From an uncultured Actinomycetes bacterium (GTDB taxonomy: Bacteria; Actinomycetota; Actinomycetes; Streptosporangiales; Streptosporangiaceae), in NCBI GenBank assembly GCA_963808315.1, contig CAWEFK010000012.1, forward strand, positions 16,274 to 80,273: a DNA stretch of 64,000 nucleotides. The letters run 5' to 3'. The notes below the pieces were generated by a model. The model did no database searches, had not been told where the DNA came from, and saw only the letters and a program-made list of their open reading frames with translations. A program made the position numbers and the translations under genes. Positions within the stretch are counted from its first letter, which is position 1. The number at the start of each line of letters is the position of its first letter. Of this stretch, positions 32,296 to 41,559 are shown piece by piece.

Positions 32296-33372
32296 ATGAG
32301 CACGATCAATACAGCGGCCGCGTCCGGTGACGTCACCGGGCGATCAAACCGCCCGGTCCCGACCGAGGAAGAACGTGCCGCGGCGACGACAATGCTGCGC
32401 ATGATCTGGGGAATCCATATCTCGAGATCCGTGCATGTGGTGGCGAAGCTAGGGATTGCCGATCTTCTCGCCGACGGTCCGGTCAGCTCGGCCGAGCTAG
32501 CTAAGGTCACCGGTACCCACCAGCCGTCGCTTTACCGCGTGCTTCGCCTCCTCGCCGCGCTAGGCGTATTCGACGAGGTCGAGCCCGGATCGTTCGGCCT
32601 GACGGTGCTTGGTGACCGTCTGCGCAGCGACGCCGCGGCGAGCATGCGTTCGTGGGCCACTTTCCTGGTCGGCGGCGTCCAGCCCTACGAGCACATCCTT
32701 GAAACGGTCCGGACCGGGAGGCCAGGGATCGACATCGCGTTCGGAGTGCGCCTCTTCGACCTCGTCCGTCAGGACCCCGACGGCGCGGCGATCTTCGACG
32801 CTGCCATGTCTGAACGCACTGAGGCGTTCGCGCCGAGCGTGGCCGACACCTATGACTTCTCGGACATTCGCAGCATCGTCGACGTCGGCGGCGGTCAGGG
32901 AACGCTGCTGGCAGAGATACTGCGCAGTCACTCCCATCTGCACGGAACCCTATTCGATGCCGCTAGTGCCGGAGCCCGCGCCAAGGCACTGTTCGGCGGG
33001 CCCGATCTGGCCGGCCGATGCGAGCTGCTTTCTGGAGACTTCTTCGAGCACGTTCCGCAGGGCGGGGATTGCTACGTGCTGGCCAATGTTCTCCACGACT
33101 GGGAAGACGAGCGAGCCATCAAGATCTTGCGCAACTGCCGTCAGGCTATGGTCAAGGGCGGCAAGCTGCTGATCGTCGAACGGCTGATCCCGGACGGGCC
33201 CGGCGACGCAGTGCCGACCCTCCTCAGCGACGTCAACATGCTCATCAACAGCGGCGGGCAGGAGCGCACCAACGCCGAGTACGGCAGCCTTCTGGCGGCA
33301 GCCGGCCTGAAGATCGGCACCGTGCAGCCGGTTGCGTTCCCGTACGGCATCATCGAAGGGCTCGACGCGTGA
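32296..33372 (+). CDS. Class I SAM-dependent O-methyltransferase (with N-terminal dimerisation/wHTH domain)
   Basis: ATG 32296 preceded by AAGGAGG (within track ORF 32221..33372). Motifs VDVGGGQGTLLAEIL and VLHDWEDE. Confidence 0.9.
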   Translation: MSTINTAAASGDVTGRSNRPVPTEEERAAATTMLRMIWGIHISRSVHVVAKLGIADLLADGPVSSAELAKVTGTHQPSLYRVLRLLAALGVFDEVEPGSFGLTVLGDRLRSDAAASMRSWATFLVGGVQPYEHILETVRTGRPGIDIAFGVRLFDLVRQDPDGAAIFDAAMSERTEAFAPSVADTYDFSDIRSIVDVGGGQGTLLAEILRSHSHLHGTLFDAASAGARAKALFGGPDLAGRCELLSGDFFEHVPQGGDCYVLANVLHDWEDERAIKILRNCRQAMVKGGKLLIVERLIPDGPGDAVPTLLSDVNMLINSGGQERTNAEYGSLLAAAGLKIGTVQPVAFPYGIIEGLDA

Positions 33373-33455
33373 GGTGGCTGTGATAAGCCACCACTGTGCA
33401 GGATGTGGTGCTGACGGACAGGAACACCTACTGATGATGTAAGTGCTGCATTACG

Positions 33456-33788
33456 TCAGGAGGCGCTTCCGCCCTCCCTCACGGCAGCGTTGATCTGTCG
33501 ATCGAGTTCAGCCACCGTAGGCGCATCGAACAGGTCAGTAAAATCCAGCTGGCAGTCAAAGGCAGCGTTGATGCTGGTGGCAATGAGCACGCCGTCGAGA
33601 GACCGGCCGCCGAGGGCAAAGAAGTCATCGTCGATACCTACTCGTGGCCGACGGAGAATCTCCTCGAATATCTCACACAGCGCCTTCTGACGAGCACTTT
33701 CGGGAGCGCGGTAAGGTTGCACGACCGTTACGGGAGCTGCCTTCGGCTCAGGCGTCAAACCCTCGTTCCCCGAGAATCTAGCTGTCAT
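33456..33788 (-). CDS. Stand-alone peptidyl/acyl carrier protein
   Basis: 110 aa from ATG 33788 (GGGGAG upstream). LCEIFEEILRRPRVGIDDDFFALGGRSLDGVLIA carries the phosphopantetheinyl Ser motif. The longer track ORF upstream looks non-coding. Confidence 0.8.
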   Translation of the reverse strand: MTARFSGNEGLTPEPKAAPVTVVQPYRAPESARQKALCEIFEEILRRPRVGIDDDFFALGGRSLDGVLIATSINAAFDCQLDFTDLFDAPTVAELDRQINAAVREGGSAS

Positions 33789-34157
33789 AATTGCGCTCCC
33801 CTGACAGGTATCGTGTCCCATTTCGTCAGAACGCACCGTACGGATGCCAGTGCGACGAAGCCCCTGGTGCGACATTGGCACATAGCGCGACGCTGTTACT
33901 TCTCCGGCATTGCTAGAGTCGGCACGCGCGGTCGAAATTATTAACCGCGGCCAAGTTCGGACAGTCGAAGTCCGTGAGTGTACCCCGCAATCATAGAGAT
34001 GCATAAGTCGGGCTAGTAACGATTGGCTTGCGGGAAAGGTGCCGTGGACAAGACCCGGCTGGTGCGGCTGATGTTACCAGAGTTGCTTACCCCGGCCAGT
34101 TAAGATCCGGCTGAATTCAGATTCGACCATATTTCTGCTTAGACGCGGGGAACGGGA

Positions 34158-34907
34158 ATGAATGAGATGAAGCAGCTCGCGGGCAAGGTAGCGCTGGTGA
34201 CGGGCGGTAGCCGCGGAATTGGCGCGGCCATCGCACGGCGTCTAGCACACGATGGTGCCACGGTGGCGTTCACATACGTGAATGCTAGCGAACACGCGAG
34301 TGCGGTGGCAAAAGAGATTGATGCTGCTGGCGGCCGTGCGCTGGTGATCCGGGCGGACAGCGCCGACCCTGCCGCCGTCACCGCGGCCGTGGATGAGACC
34401 GTAGCGAAACTCGGCCGGATCGACATCCTCGTCAATAACGCTGGCATCTACGTCGGCGGCCCGCTGGAAAAGCTGACAGCCGAGGATGCAGACCGCATAT
34501 GGGCGGTTGATGCGCGTGCGGTTTTCGTCGCATGCCAGGCAGCCGCTCGGCACATGAGAACAGGCGGCCGCATCATCACGATCGGGTCCAATTTTTCCGA
34601 GCGCGTACCCGGGCCGGGATTCACGCTGTACGCGATGTGCAAGGCCGCGCTGATCGGTCTCACCAAGGGCCTGGCTCGCGAACTAGGTCCGCGGGGCATC
34701 AGCGTGGTCATGGTGAACCCAGGACCCACCGATACCGATATGAACCCCGCCGACGGACCTGGCGCCGCTCGACAGACTCCTCTCATTGCCCTCGGCCGCT
34801 ATGGCAGGCCAGAGGATGTGGCGGCTGCCGTCTCCTACCTTGCCGGCGACGGCGGTAACCACGTCACCGGGACTGCAATCACCGTCGATGGCGGGATGAC
34901 CGCCTGA
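34158..34907 (+). CDS. Short-chain dehydrogenase/reductase (FabG-like)
   Basis: GKVALVTGGSRGIGAAIA, NNAG, YAMCKAA. Confidence 0.93.
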   Translation: MNEMKQLAGKVALVTGGSRGIGAAIARRLAHDGATVAFTYVNASEHASAVAKEIDAAGGRALVIRADSADPAAVTAAVDETVAKLGRIDILVNNAGIYVGGPLEKLTAEDADRIWAVDARAVFVACQAAARHMRTGGRIITIGSNFSERVPGPGFTLYAMCKAALIGLTKGLARELGPRGISVVMVNPGPTDTDMNPADGPGAARQTPLIALGRYGRPEDVAAAVSYLAGDGGNHVTGTAITVDGGMTA

Positions 34908-34923
34908 TTAGGGATGTGAAGGA

Positions 34924-36033
34924 ATGAAGACGAAGGCCGCAGTGATCAGGGACGTGGGCAAGGACTGGGAGGTTACCGACCTCGACCTCGACAGTCCGAA
35001 GGAAAGCGAGGTGCTCGTCCGCTTCGTCGCTGCGGGCTTGTGTCCTACTGACGAGCATATGCGCACCGGGGACTTGCCGGTGCAATGTCCGGTCGTCGGA
35101 GGCCACGAGGGGGCGGGGATCGTCGAGGAGGTGGGCAGCAGCGTCACCAGGGTGAAACCAGGTGACCACGTGGTCTGTTCGTTCAGGCCGGTCTGCGGGC
35201 ACTGCCGCTTCTGTCTCCGCGGCGCGAGCAACCTGTGCGACACGGGCCAGGTGCTCCCCCGGACTGCGATGCTTGACGGCACCTTCCGGTTCCACGGCGA
35301 CCGGGACTTCGGTCAGGCCTTCCGGCTGGGTACGTTCTCGCAGTGGGCCGTCGTGTCCGAGCTGTCTTGCATCAAAGTCGACGACGACCTGCCACTTGAG
35401 ACGGTGGCCCTTGCCGGTTGCGCCGTACCTGCGGGCTGGGGCACGGCGGTGAATGCCGGCGGCGTGCAGCCGGGTGATACGACCGTGGTCTATGGCACGG
35501 GCGGAACTGGCGTCAACGCTGTCCAGGGTGCGGTGTTCGCAGGCGCCGCGCATGTCATCGGAGTCGATCCGGTGGCCAGTAAACGGGAGGCGGCAGCTCG
35601 CTTCGGCGCGACTCACACTGTCGCCGACGCCTCGGGCGCGCAGCAGATCATCACCGAGCTCACCCATGGCGTCGGCGCGGATCAGGCCCTCGTCACCGTC
35701 GGTACCGTCACCGAAGAAGTCATCTCGGCGGCGTTCACTGCGATCCGCAGGGGCGGCACGGTCGTTGTTACCGGGATGTCGGCACCCGGGAAGAACACCA
35801 TCCAGCTTCCGGGCTTCGACCTGACCACCATGGAGAAGCGGATCGTGGGCTCGGTTTTCGGTAGCGGGAACCCGCTCGAAATCATCCCGCACATGCTTGA
35901 CCTGTACCGATCCGGTCAGCTCAAGCTTGACGAGCTCATTACGACCCGTTATCGGCTGGAGGAAATCTCCCAGGGCTATCGCGACATGGAGGCGGGTCGT
36001 AATATACGCGGCATCATCGTGTATGCCCGATGA
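34924..36033 (+). CDS. Zn-dependent alcohol dehydrogenase (MDR family)
   Basis: GLCPTDEH, GHEGAGIVEEVG, CGHCRFC, GTGGTGVNAVQGA. Confidence 0.93.
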   Translation: MKTKAAVIRDVGKDWEVTDLDLDSPKESEVLVRFVAAGLCPTDEHMRTGDLPVQCPVVGGHEGAGIVEEVGSSVTRVKPGDHVVCSFRPVCGHCRFCLRGASNLCDTGQVLPRTAMLDGTFRFHGDRDFGQAFRLGTFSQWAVVSELSCIKVDDDLPLETVALAGCAVPAGWGTAVNAGGVQPGDTTVVYGTGGTGVNAVQGAVFAGAAHVIGVDPVASKREAAARFGATHTVADASGAQQIITELTHGVGADQALVTVGTVTEEVISAAFTAIRRGGTVVVTGMSAPGKNTIQLPGFDLTTMEKRIVGSVFGSGNPLEIIPHMLDLYRSGQLKLDELITTRYRLEEISQGYRDMEAGRNIRGIIVYAR

Positions 36034-36340
36034 GCCTGCCCCGCTGACTCCTCATGCGGCACCCGCATGCGCGCCGTCAGCGTCGCCTCGCCGATAGCCA
36101 GCTCGGCGACCCGAAGTCAGCGTTAGCCCTCTCGCGGTCGGTGCTGCCCCGCATCAGGACGGCCTGGTCGCCGAGTTCCGGCGCGCGGGACCGCGGGGAC
36201 GGCAGCACCAAGTGAGCCGGGGCGCCGGTGTACCGGCTTGAATCAGTAAAGTTCTCTCGTTGGCGCATCTACGGTGGCCAGAGACTGGTCAACCTGAGCG
36301 GTTAGAGTGCTGTTTAGGGCCTGCTCGGACAGGTGCGAGA

Positions 36341-37249
36341 ATGTCCCGGAGACGACGGGAGGCTTTAGTGTCCAGTACGGTCACGACCAGGACTATACCG
36401 GTCGGGCAGGGACGTGAGGTTTGCTTGGAGCTGGCTGGTGATCCTCAAGGCCACCCGGTCCTGGTCCATAACGGAACGCCAAATTCCCGGCATCTGTACG
36501 GCGGGTGGATCGCCGACGCTGCCGAGAAGGGCATCTACCTGATCAGCTATGACCGTCCTGGCTACGGCGGCTCGACCGTCTACCCTGGTCACACCGTAGC
36601 GTCGGGAGCACATGATGTCCGTGCCATCGCGGGGGCTCTCGGCCTCGACCGACTTGGTATCTGGGGCATATCCGGAGGCGGCCCGTACGCCTTGGGGTGC
36701 GCGGCTCTCCTGCCGGATATGGCGGTGGCTGTCGCGGCGGTGGCATCGCTAGCCCCCTACGGCAAAGAGAGCCTCGACTACTTCGCCGGGATGGATGAGC
36801 TCAACGTCGAAGATGCCAAACTGTTCTTTTCCGATCCGGAGGCGGCCCGCCGCAAGACGCATCAGGACTGGGCAGAGTTCGTGGCGCCGGCACCCGAGCA
36901 ACCCGCTGAAGGCACAGAGAGCCACCTTTCAGCTGTTGACGCTCAGGCCTTGACTGGAGAAATGGCCCGGTGGCTCACAGAAAGCCACCATGACGGCGTG
37001 GCTGTGAGCGACCAGGGCTGGTGGGATGACGGCGTGTCACACCTGACTGGCTGGGGATTCGACCTGGAGGACATCCGGGTGCCGGTCAAGATCTGGCATG
37101 GCCGTCAGGATCGGTTCGTTCCCGTCCAGCACGGTCAGTGGCTGGCCGACAACGTCCCCGGCGCGACGGCCGACATCAGCGATGACGGTCATCTGAGCCT
37201 GATCGGCCGGATCGGCGAGATCCACGATTGGCTGCTGCAGTACTTCTAG
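36341..37249 (+). CDS. Alpha/beta hydrolase
   Basis: ATG 36341 within track ORF 36260..37249. VLVHNGTPNS, nucleophile elbow GISGGG, C-terminal DDGHLSL. Confidence 0.8.
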   Translation: MSRRRREALVSSTVTTRTIPVGQGREVCLELAGDPQGHPVLVHNGTPNSRHLYGGWIADAAEKGIYLISYDRPGYGGSTVYPGHTVASGAHDVRAIAGALGLDRLGIWGISGGGPYALGCAALLPDMAVAVAAVASLAPYGKESLDYFAGMDELNVEDAKLFFSDPEAARRKTHQDWAEFVAPAPEQPAEGTESHLSAVDAQALTGEMARWLTESHHDGVAVSDQGWWDDGVSHLTGWGFDLEDIRVPVKIWHGRQDRFVPVQHGQWLADNVPGATADISDDGHLSLIGRIGEIHDWLLQYF

Positions 37250-37254
37250 ACAGC

Positions 37255-37880
37255 CTTCCGCGATCAGCTCCGGGGTCGCGCGGACTGTTCTGGTAGAGCG
37301 TGATGGGCGTCTTGTGCCCCGGGTGCAGGCACTGCGGACGCGCCTGTGCTGATTGGCCGGGTTACGAAATCCGTATGCCAGGCGGGCCTCGAGCTTGGCG
37401 AGCCGGTTCAGGCTCTCGGAGGCGGCGTTCGTGATCCCGGCCAGGACCGCGCAGACGATCTCGTCCTCCCACCGGGAGATGGTCCGGGCGAGGCTGACCA
37501 GCTCGGGGATGTCGTCGTTGCTGGCGCACCAGTCGTAGAAGGCGTACAGCCGGTCCCTGACGTTGCGCTCGCACGGGACCGAGCCGGTGACGGGCGCGCA
37601 GGTTCAGCGCGTGGCGGAGTTTCTCCTTGCCGATCCAGGCGGCGGCGATCTCCGGCCCGGCCGGATCGGCCTGCAGGGTACTGGTGACCCTGGCGAACTG
37701 GGCGGGTGACAGGTGCTCCGGGTTCCGCACCAGCAGGTTCTTGATGCCGTACTCGGGGTCACCGGACCGGCCGCGGCGGCCGTATCGGTAGCACTCTTCT
37801 CGAATTATAGGAACAAGGCACCCGATGGCCTCGTGAGCCTTTACCGCGCTACTCACCACGATTACTGGTCGCCATTGCAT
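37255..37880 (-). mobile_element. ISL3-family transposase remnant (C-terminal half only, internal frame shift near 37555)
   Basis: RRGRSGDPEYGIKNLLVRNPEHLSPAQ...AAAWIGKEKLRHALNL, then in a second frame RLYAFYDWCASNDDIPELVSLARTISRWEDEIVCAVLAGITNAASESLNRLAKLEARLAYGFRNPANQHRRVR. There is no N-terminal half and I recognised no inverted repeats. Confidence 0.7.
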
Positions 37881-38177
37881 GTTTACACTTTCTGGGCCGC
37901 CATGATCCTTCTTTCTCCACTTTCGCGCTTACACTAATAAGCCTTGCCGTGGCCAGCCGACCGATTATGGCAGGCGCGGCGCTGATCGCTGTCGGGCTCG
38001 CCGGTTATACCCTCTATATTCCTGCGATAGGTTCAGACGGATTTAGTGCGTACGGGTCGAGCTATCGGGCCTCCCTGGCTGCGGCCGTGGTCATGGCACC
38101 GGGAGCGGGGCTAGCAGCCGGCGCTGGTGCAGCCGGGCGGCCGTAGGTGACGGCCTTGCGCACCTGCGGGGCAAAGA

Positions 38178-38665
38178 CTAGACGAGCTGCGCGTCGGGCT
38201 GAGCGCCGAGCGAGTCGTTGATGGTAGAAACGCCAGGCGAAGGGCCACGAAGGCAGTGATGGCAAAGATCTGCCCGTCGTCGAGCCCGGTATCGCGGAGC
38301 GCCTGGAGGTCGGCCGGCGTCGTCGCGTTCGGGTCCCTGGCGACCTGGCGAGCCCACCCGGCCATGACCTTCTCCTGATCCGTCAGCCCGGCGTCACTGC
38401 CCGTCAGACCCCCGGCCGCGACAGCGGCGTCCGACGCCTGGCCGAGTTTCCCGCCCCACGCCAGCGAGCAGTACGAGTCACTGAGGGCCGAGGCGGCGGC
38501 AGTCACCAGGATCCCGCGCTGGCGGAAGGTCAGACCGCTCGGCCTGAAGGCCTCAGACATCGTCCAGAACAACTGCTTCAGGGTCTCTGGCTGGTGCGCC
38601 CACAGCCGGGACACGTTCCATACGTACCCGCCGTCCGCGAGGTCTTCGTCGTAGAACGCCTGCAC
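38178..38665 (-). pseudogene. Carboxymuconolactone-decarboxylase (AhpD-like) family protein; frame shift near 38228 and uncertain start
   Basis: YDEDLADGGYVWNVSRLWAHQPE ... FRQRGILVTAAASALSDSYCSLAWG ... GLDDGQIFAITAFVALRLAF. The natural ending STINDSLGAQPDAQLV-stop is in another frame. Confidence 0.6.
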
Positions 38666-38702
38666 CGGGCGGACACCGGGGGTTCTTCGAGAAAACTTCC
38701 AG

Positions 38703-39002
38703 TCATGCGCGTTCGGCTCCTTCGGGTTTACGGGCCAGGTAGCCCACGACGTTGATCTCGGCCCGCAGCGGCAAGCCGTCGCGCAGCTGCGCCCGGGCCT
38801 GCTCCACGGCCGCGCGATGGAACTCGGCCTCGCCGACGTCCTGGATGGCCTCATAAGCTGGCCCGGTAGAGGCCAGCGCTCGCGCGTACAGCTCGGCGTC
38901 CGCGAACTCCCAGGCAAACGGGACGTCCACGCGCTCGACGTCGACGAAGCCGTGCGAGGCGAGCAGTTGCTCACCCGCACCAGGCAGGCCTAGCGACACC
39001 AT
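38703..39002 (-). pseudogene. C-terminal fragment of a class I methyltransferase (5'-truncated)
   Basis: LLASHGFVDVERVDVPFAWEFADAELYARALASTGPAYEAI resembles methyltransferase C-termini. There is no SAM-binding N-terminal part, and unrelated sequence lies immediately upstream. Confidence 0.45.
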
Positions 39003-39245
39003 GTCAGCCTGGTTGCCGACCTTCTCCGCGGCGGCAAGACGGAACGATGCCAGCGCGCGGCCAGGCCCTCAGCGGACAGCCGGCACCCCAGGGGGGCCGG
39101 ACCGCGGTCCGTCCACGACTCCCGCACCGTCACCCGGCCCAGCTCAGCGCTCTCGCCGACCAGCACCATCCCGCCGGCGCGGCGCCTGGCGAACAAGACC
39201 TCCAGCCGCTGCCCGCTCAGCGGGTGAAACGGATGCGTGATAAGA
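39000..39245 (-). pseudogene. DUF5372-like small-protein remnant (a family I associate with recombinase-trio mobile elements); no start codon
   Basis: Reads ITHPFHPLSGQRLEVLFARRRAGGMVLVGESAELGRVTVRESWTDRGP. The assignment is from memory of the HPFHPL...WTD pattern only. Confidence 0.3.
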
Positions 39246-39277
39246 ACAGAACCGGAAGATCACTGGAAGACCCGGCA

Positions 39278-39670
39278 CTATGCCGCTTCCGTTGGTATTC
39301 CGGGTGGCCTCTGCTTTCCATTGGCCTTGGGGATATACACCCGCCGCACCGGCACCGGCATCCAGGACCTGGCCGTGCGGTGCACCTGCACCGCCATCGC
39401 CATCCTGGCCGGGCTGTCGAGAGCGACGACCCGGTCGATTCCGGCCGTGCGACGGCCAGCGTTGCGCTGGGTCACCTGCCGCACGCTGACCAGCGTGTTG
39501 CTCCATGACCGCAGCATCATCTTCTGCAGGTTCCTGACCTTCGGCCAGTCACCGTCCCGCGCCGCCGTGAAGATCCTCTGCCGCAGCCGCGCTACGCTCT
39601 GCTCGTGGACCGTCCAGTTGATGACGTCCCACTCGCTCGCGCCCTCCGGTCCGTTCACCGTTTCCGGCAT
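39278..39670 (-). pseudogene. Group II intron reverse transcriptase/maturase, N-terminal 130 aa only
   Basis: WDVINWTVHEQSVARLRQRIFTAARDGDWPKVRNLQKMMLRSWSNTLVSVRQVTQRNAGRRTAGID ... VRRVYIPKANGKQRPPGIPT. This matches the typical RT-0/RT-1/RT-2 region of bacterial intron-encoded proteins, followed by a stop. Confidence 0.8.
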
Positions 39671-40361
39671 CCAACTTGCCCTTCGGCTCGGTTAGCTGCA
39701 CTGGCGTCAGCCCTCACAGGCTCACCTGGCTCGCGTCAGCTCCCTTTCAGGCCCGGCACGACGTCCGGTATCCGGCCGGTTATCCACGGCCCCCGCCCTG
39801 GAGGAGAGCGGACAGCAGGCCATGGTTTCCCGCTGCCTTCCGGCTGCCGGCCTTAGCTTTTGCGGCCATCCTTCCCCCGCCCGGGATTCCGCCCCTCTTA
39901 CGATCGGCCCACCAGCGCAGGCAGCACTGGACCGCGACGGGTTACCACGTTCCGCACAGGCGAGACACGACCGGAGAGGGCGCCCTCTCTACCCCGGGAC
40001 CTGCGGTGCTCACGCGAGCCGGTGATAATCCCCGGCCCGCCGCCTGCCGCCCTTCCACGGCACGGGTCCTATCGCCCCGGCACAGCCGTCACCCATCCGG
40101 GGCTGCCAGTTACGAGGCATCAGTCAAGGGTTCACGTTCTTCGCCCGCCCGGCCTTCCCCTCACCCGTGGCCCCCGGATGACTCGGGGAACCCTCCGGCT
40201 TTCCCCCCGGGCTCCGCACCCGCGCGGGCAGGACCCGCGCACGCACGCCGGGGCAGGGACAGGCTCAGAGCACAAGCCCGGAACAACGCCACCAGCACTA
40301 CGTCATGCTGGCCCTCCAATCAGCGAGGCTCACTCGCAACATGTGCGACCTCGTGTCGCAC
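39278..40361 (-). mobile_element. Group II intron, 5' portion (ribozyme domains I-III/IV plus the start of the intron-encoded protein), truncated at the 3' side
   Basis: The minus strand begins GTGCGAC at 40361 (GUGYG 5' consensus). About 690 nt with no credible ORF follow, ending AACCGAGCCGAAGGGCAAGTTGG just before the IEP ATG at 39670. The IEP breaks off after GIPT. No domain V/VI is present in the window. Confidence 0.65.
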
Positions 40362-40534
40362 TCATCGTCTGGCACCTGCTATTTCCGCTCCTAGCTGCCG
40401 TGTCATCGGCCGTCGCACTGTTCGTCATCTACTGGATTATCCGCCTGGCTGTCTGCCACGGGATCGAAGATGCGCGGCGTCGCCGCGAGCGCCAGGCGGC
40501 GGAACGGGCCGGCTGGGATCCCGCCAGGCGTTGA
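40343..40534 (+). CDS. Possible small single-pass membrane protein (start uncertain: GTG 40343 or GTG 40400)
   Basis: The tail of track ORF 39860..40534 reads LLFPLLAAVSSAVALFVIYWIIRLAVCHGIEDARRRRERQAAERAGWDPARR, a hydrophobic helix followed by a basic tail. Its 5' end would overlap the proposed intron boundary. Confidence 0.25.
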   Translation: MRPRVALIVWHLLFPLLAAVSSAVALFVIYWIIRLAVCHGIEDARRRRERQAAERAGWDPARR

Positions 40535-40625
40535 GCTGTATCGTCGCTTCGATGGCAGCCTCCGCGTGGATCCGACCTGTTCATAGTCGGCATGTGACAC
40601 CGGGATCGGGATGCACCACGCAGCC
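40535..40625 (+). repeat. Dispersed short repeat, copy 1 (partial)
   Basis: GTCGCTTCGAT...GTTCATAGTCGGCATGTGACA is about 70% identical by eye to 43277..43345. Confidence 0.5.
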
Positions 40626-40686
40626 CGGATCCCCCGGCTAACGGGTGATTTGACGCGATCTGGCCGGGTCGCTAGCGTCGGTCGGT

Positions 40687-41157
40687 GTGAAGGCTACCGT
40701 AGGGACCGTGGCTAGCCTGGCCGAGCTGGAAGCGCTCGTCGTGTCAGTCGCCGGCCTGTTCGGGGAAGACGCGGGCCGGCACGATTCCCTGACCGACACC
40801 GGCTGGCCCGCGCGCGAGGGCACCGGCTACTACTCCGCCCTGATGGGCGATCAGGCTTGCCTGCTCCTGCTGGCCCGCGACGGCGACCAGGTCATCGGCC
40901 ACCTGGTCGGGAAGATCAGCGCGCCGGGCCCGGTGCGGACCGCGGCCGTCGCCGTGCTCGAGAGCATGCGGGTGGCCCCGGATTCCCGCAGTGCGGGCGT
41001 CGGCAGCCTGCTCGTCACGCACTTCCTGGCCTGGGCCCGCGAACGCGGAGCACGGCAGGCCAGCGTCACCGCCTACGCGGCCAACCACGCCGCGCAGCGC
41101 TTCTACGAACGACATGGCTTCGCGCCCGCGAGCATCACCTCACGGGTCCCCCTGTAG
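40687..41157 (+). CDS. GNAT-family N-acetyltransferase
   Basis: VIGHLVG...ESMRVAPDSRSAGVGSLLVTHFLAWARERGARQASVTAYAANHAAQRFYERHGF. Confidence 0.85.
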   Translation: MKATVGTVASLAELEALVVSVAGLFGEDAGRHDSLTDTGWPAREGTGYYSALMGDQACLLLLARDGDQVIGHLVGKISAPGPVRTAAVAVLESMRVAPDSRSAGVGSLLVTHFLAWARERGARQASVTAYAANHAAQRFYERHGFAPASITSRVPL

Positions 41158-41176
41158 CTCGCGCTCTCACCGAAGT

Positions 41177-41490
41177 TTAATCTTCTAGCCCGAGATAGGA
41201 CCTCCGGACCTCGAGCAGCCCCAGTACCTCGGTCGGCGTGCCGATGCCGAGCAGCCGCCCGAAGCTCATGGCGAGCAACCGGTCGCAGGCGTCAGCGATG
41301 AACGCGATGTCATAGTCGACGATGACTGTGGTCAGTCCGCGCGAACGCGGATCGCCCACCACCGACCGCAGGGTTTCGCGGTCACCGGCCGTGGTCCGGA
41401 GGTTGGCTCGTCGAGCATCAGCATGGATGGCTCGGCCAGCAGGGTCATCGGCCTGAACCACTGCTCCGGATTCCCCCGGCAGACGGGACG
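41177..41490 (-). pseudogene. ABC-transporter ATPase (LivF/LivG-like) C-terminal fragment, frame shift near 41390
   Basis: LLAEPSMLMLDEPTSG (Walker B) in one frame, then GLTTVIVDYDIAFIADACDRLLAMSFGRLLGIGTPTEVL in another. No Walker A part is present. Confidence 0.6.
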
Positions 41491-41559
41491 GTGGCCGCTG
41501 GCCCGGCGGGCAGGCGAAATTGGCGTGCGCTTCCGCCGGGTCACAGGTAGGACTGGTGC

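Noticed and set aside
33789-34004. N-terminal 72 codons of track ORF 33456..34004 upstream of the carrier protein
   Set aside because: The translation (MHLYDCGVHSRTSTVRTWPRLIISTARADSS...) is incoherent. A good RBS and ATG at 33788 gives a normal-size 110-aa carrier protein.
37949-38146. 65-aa plus-strand ORF (MASRPIMAGAALIAVGLAGYTLYIPAIG...) between the IS remnant and the CMD-like gene
   Set aside because: It could be a small membrane peptide. However, it has an alternative start, no RBS that I could see and an Ala/Gly-rich tail, and it sits in mobile-element debris. The evidence is insufficient.
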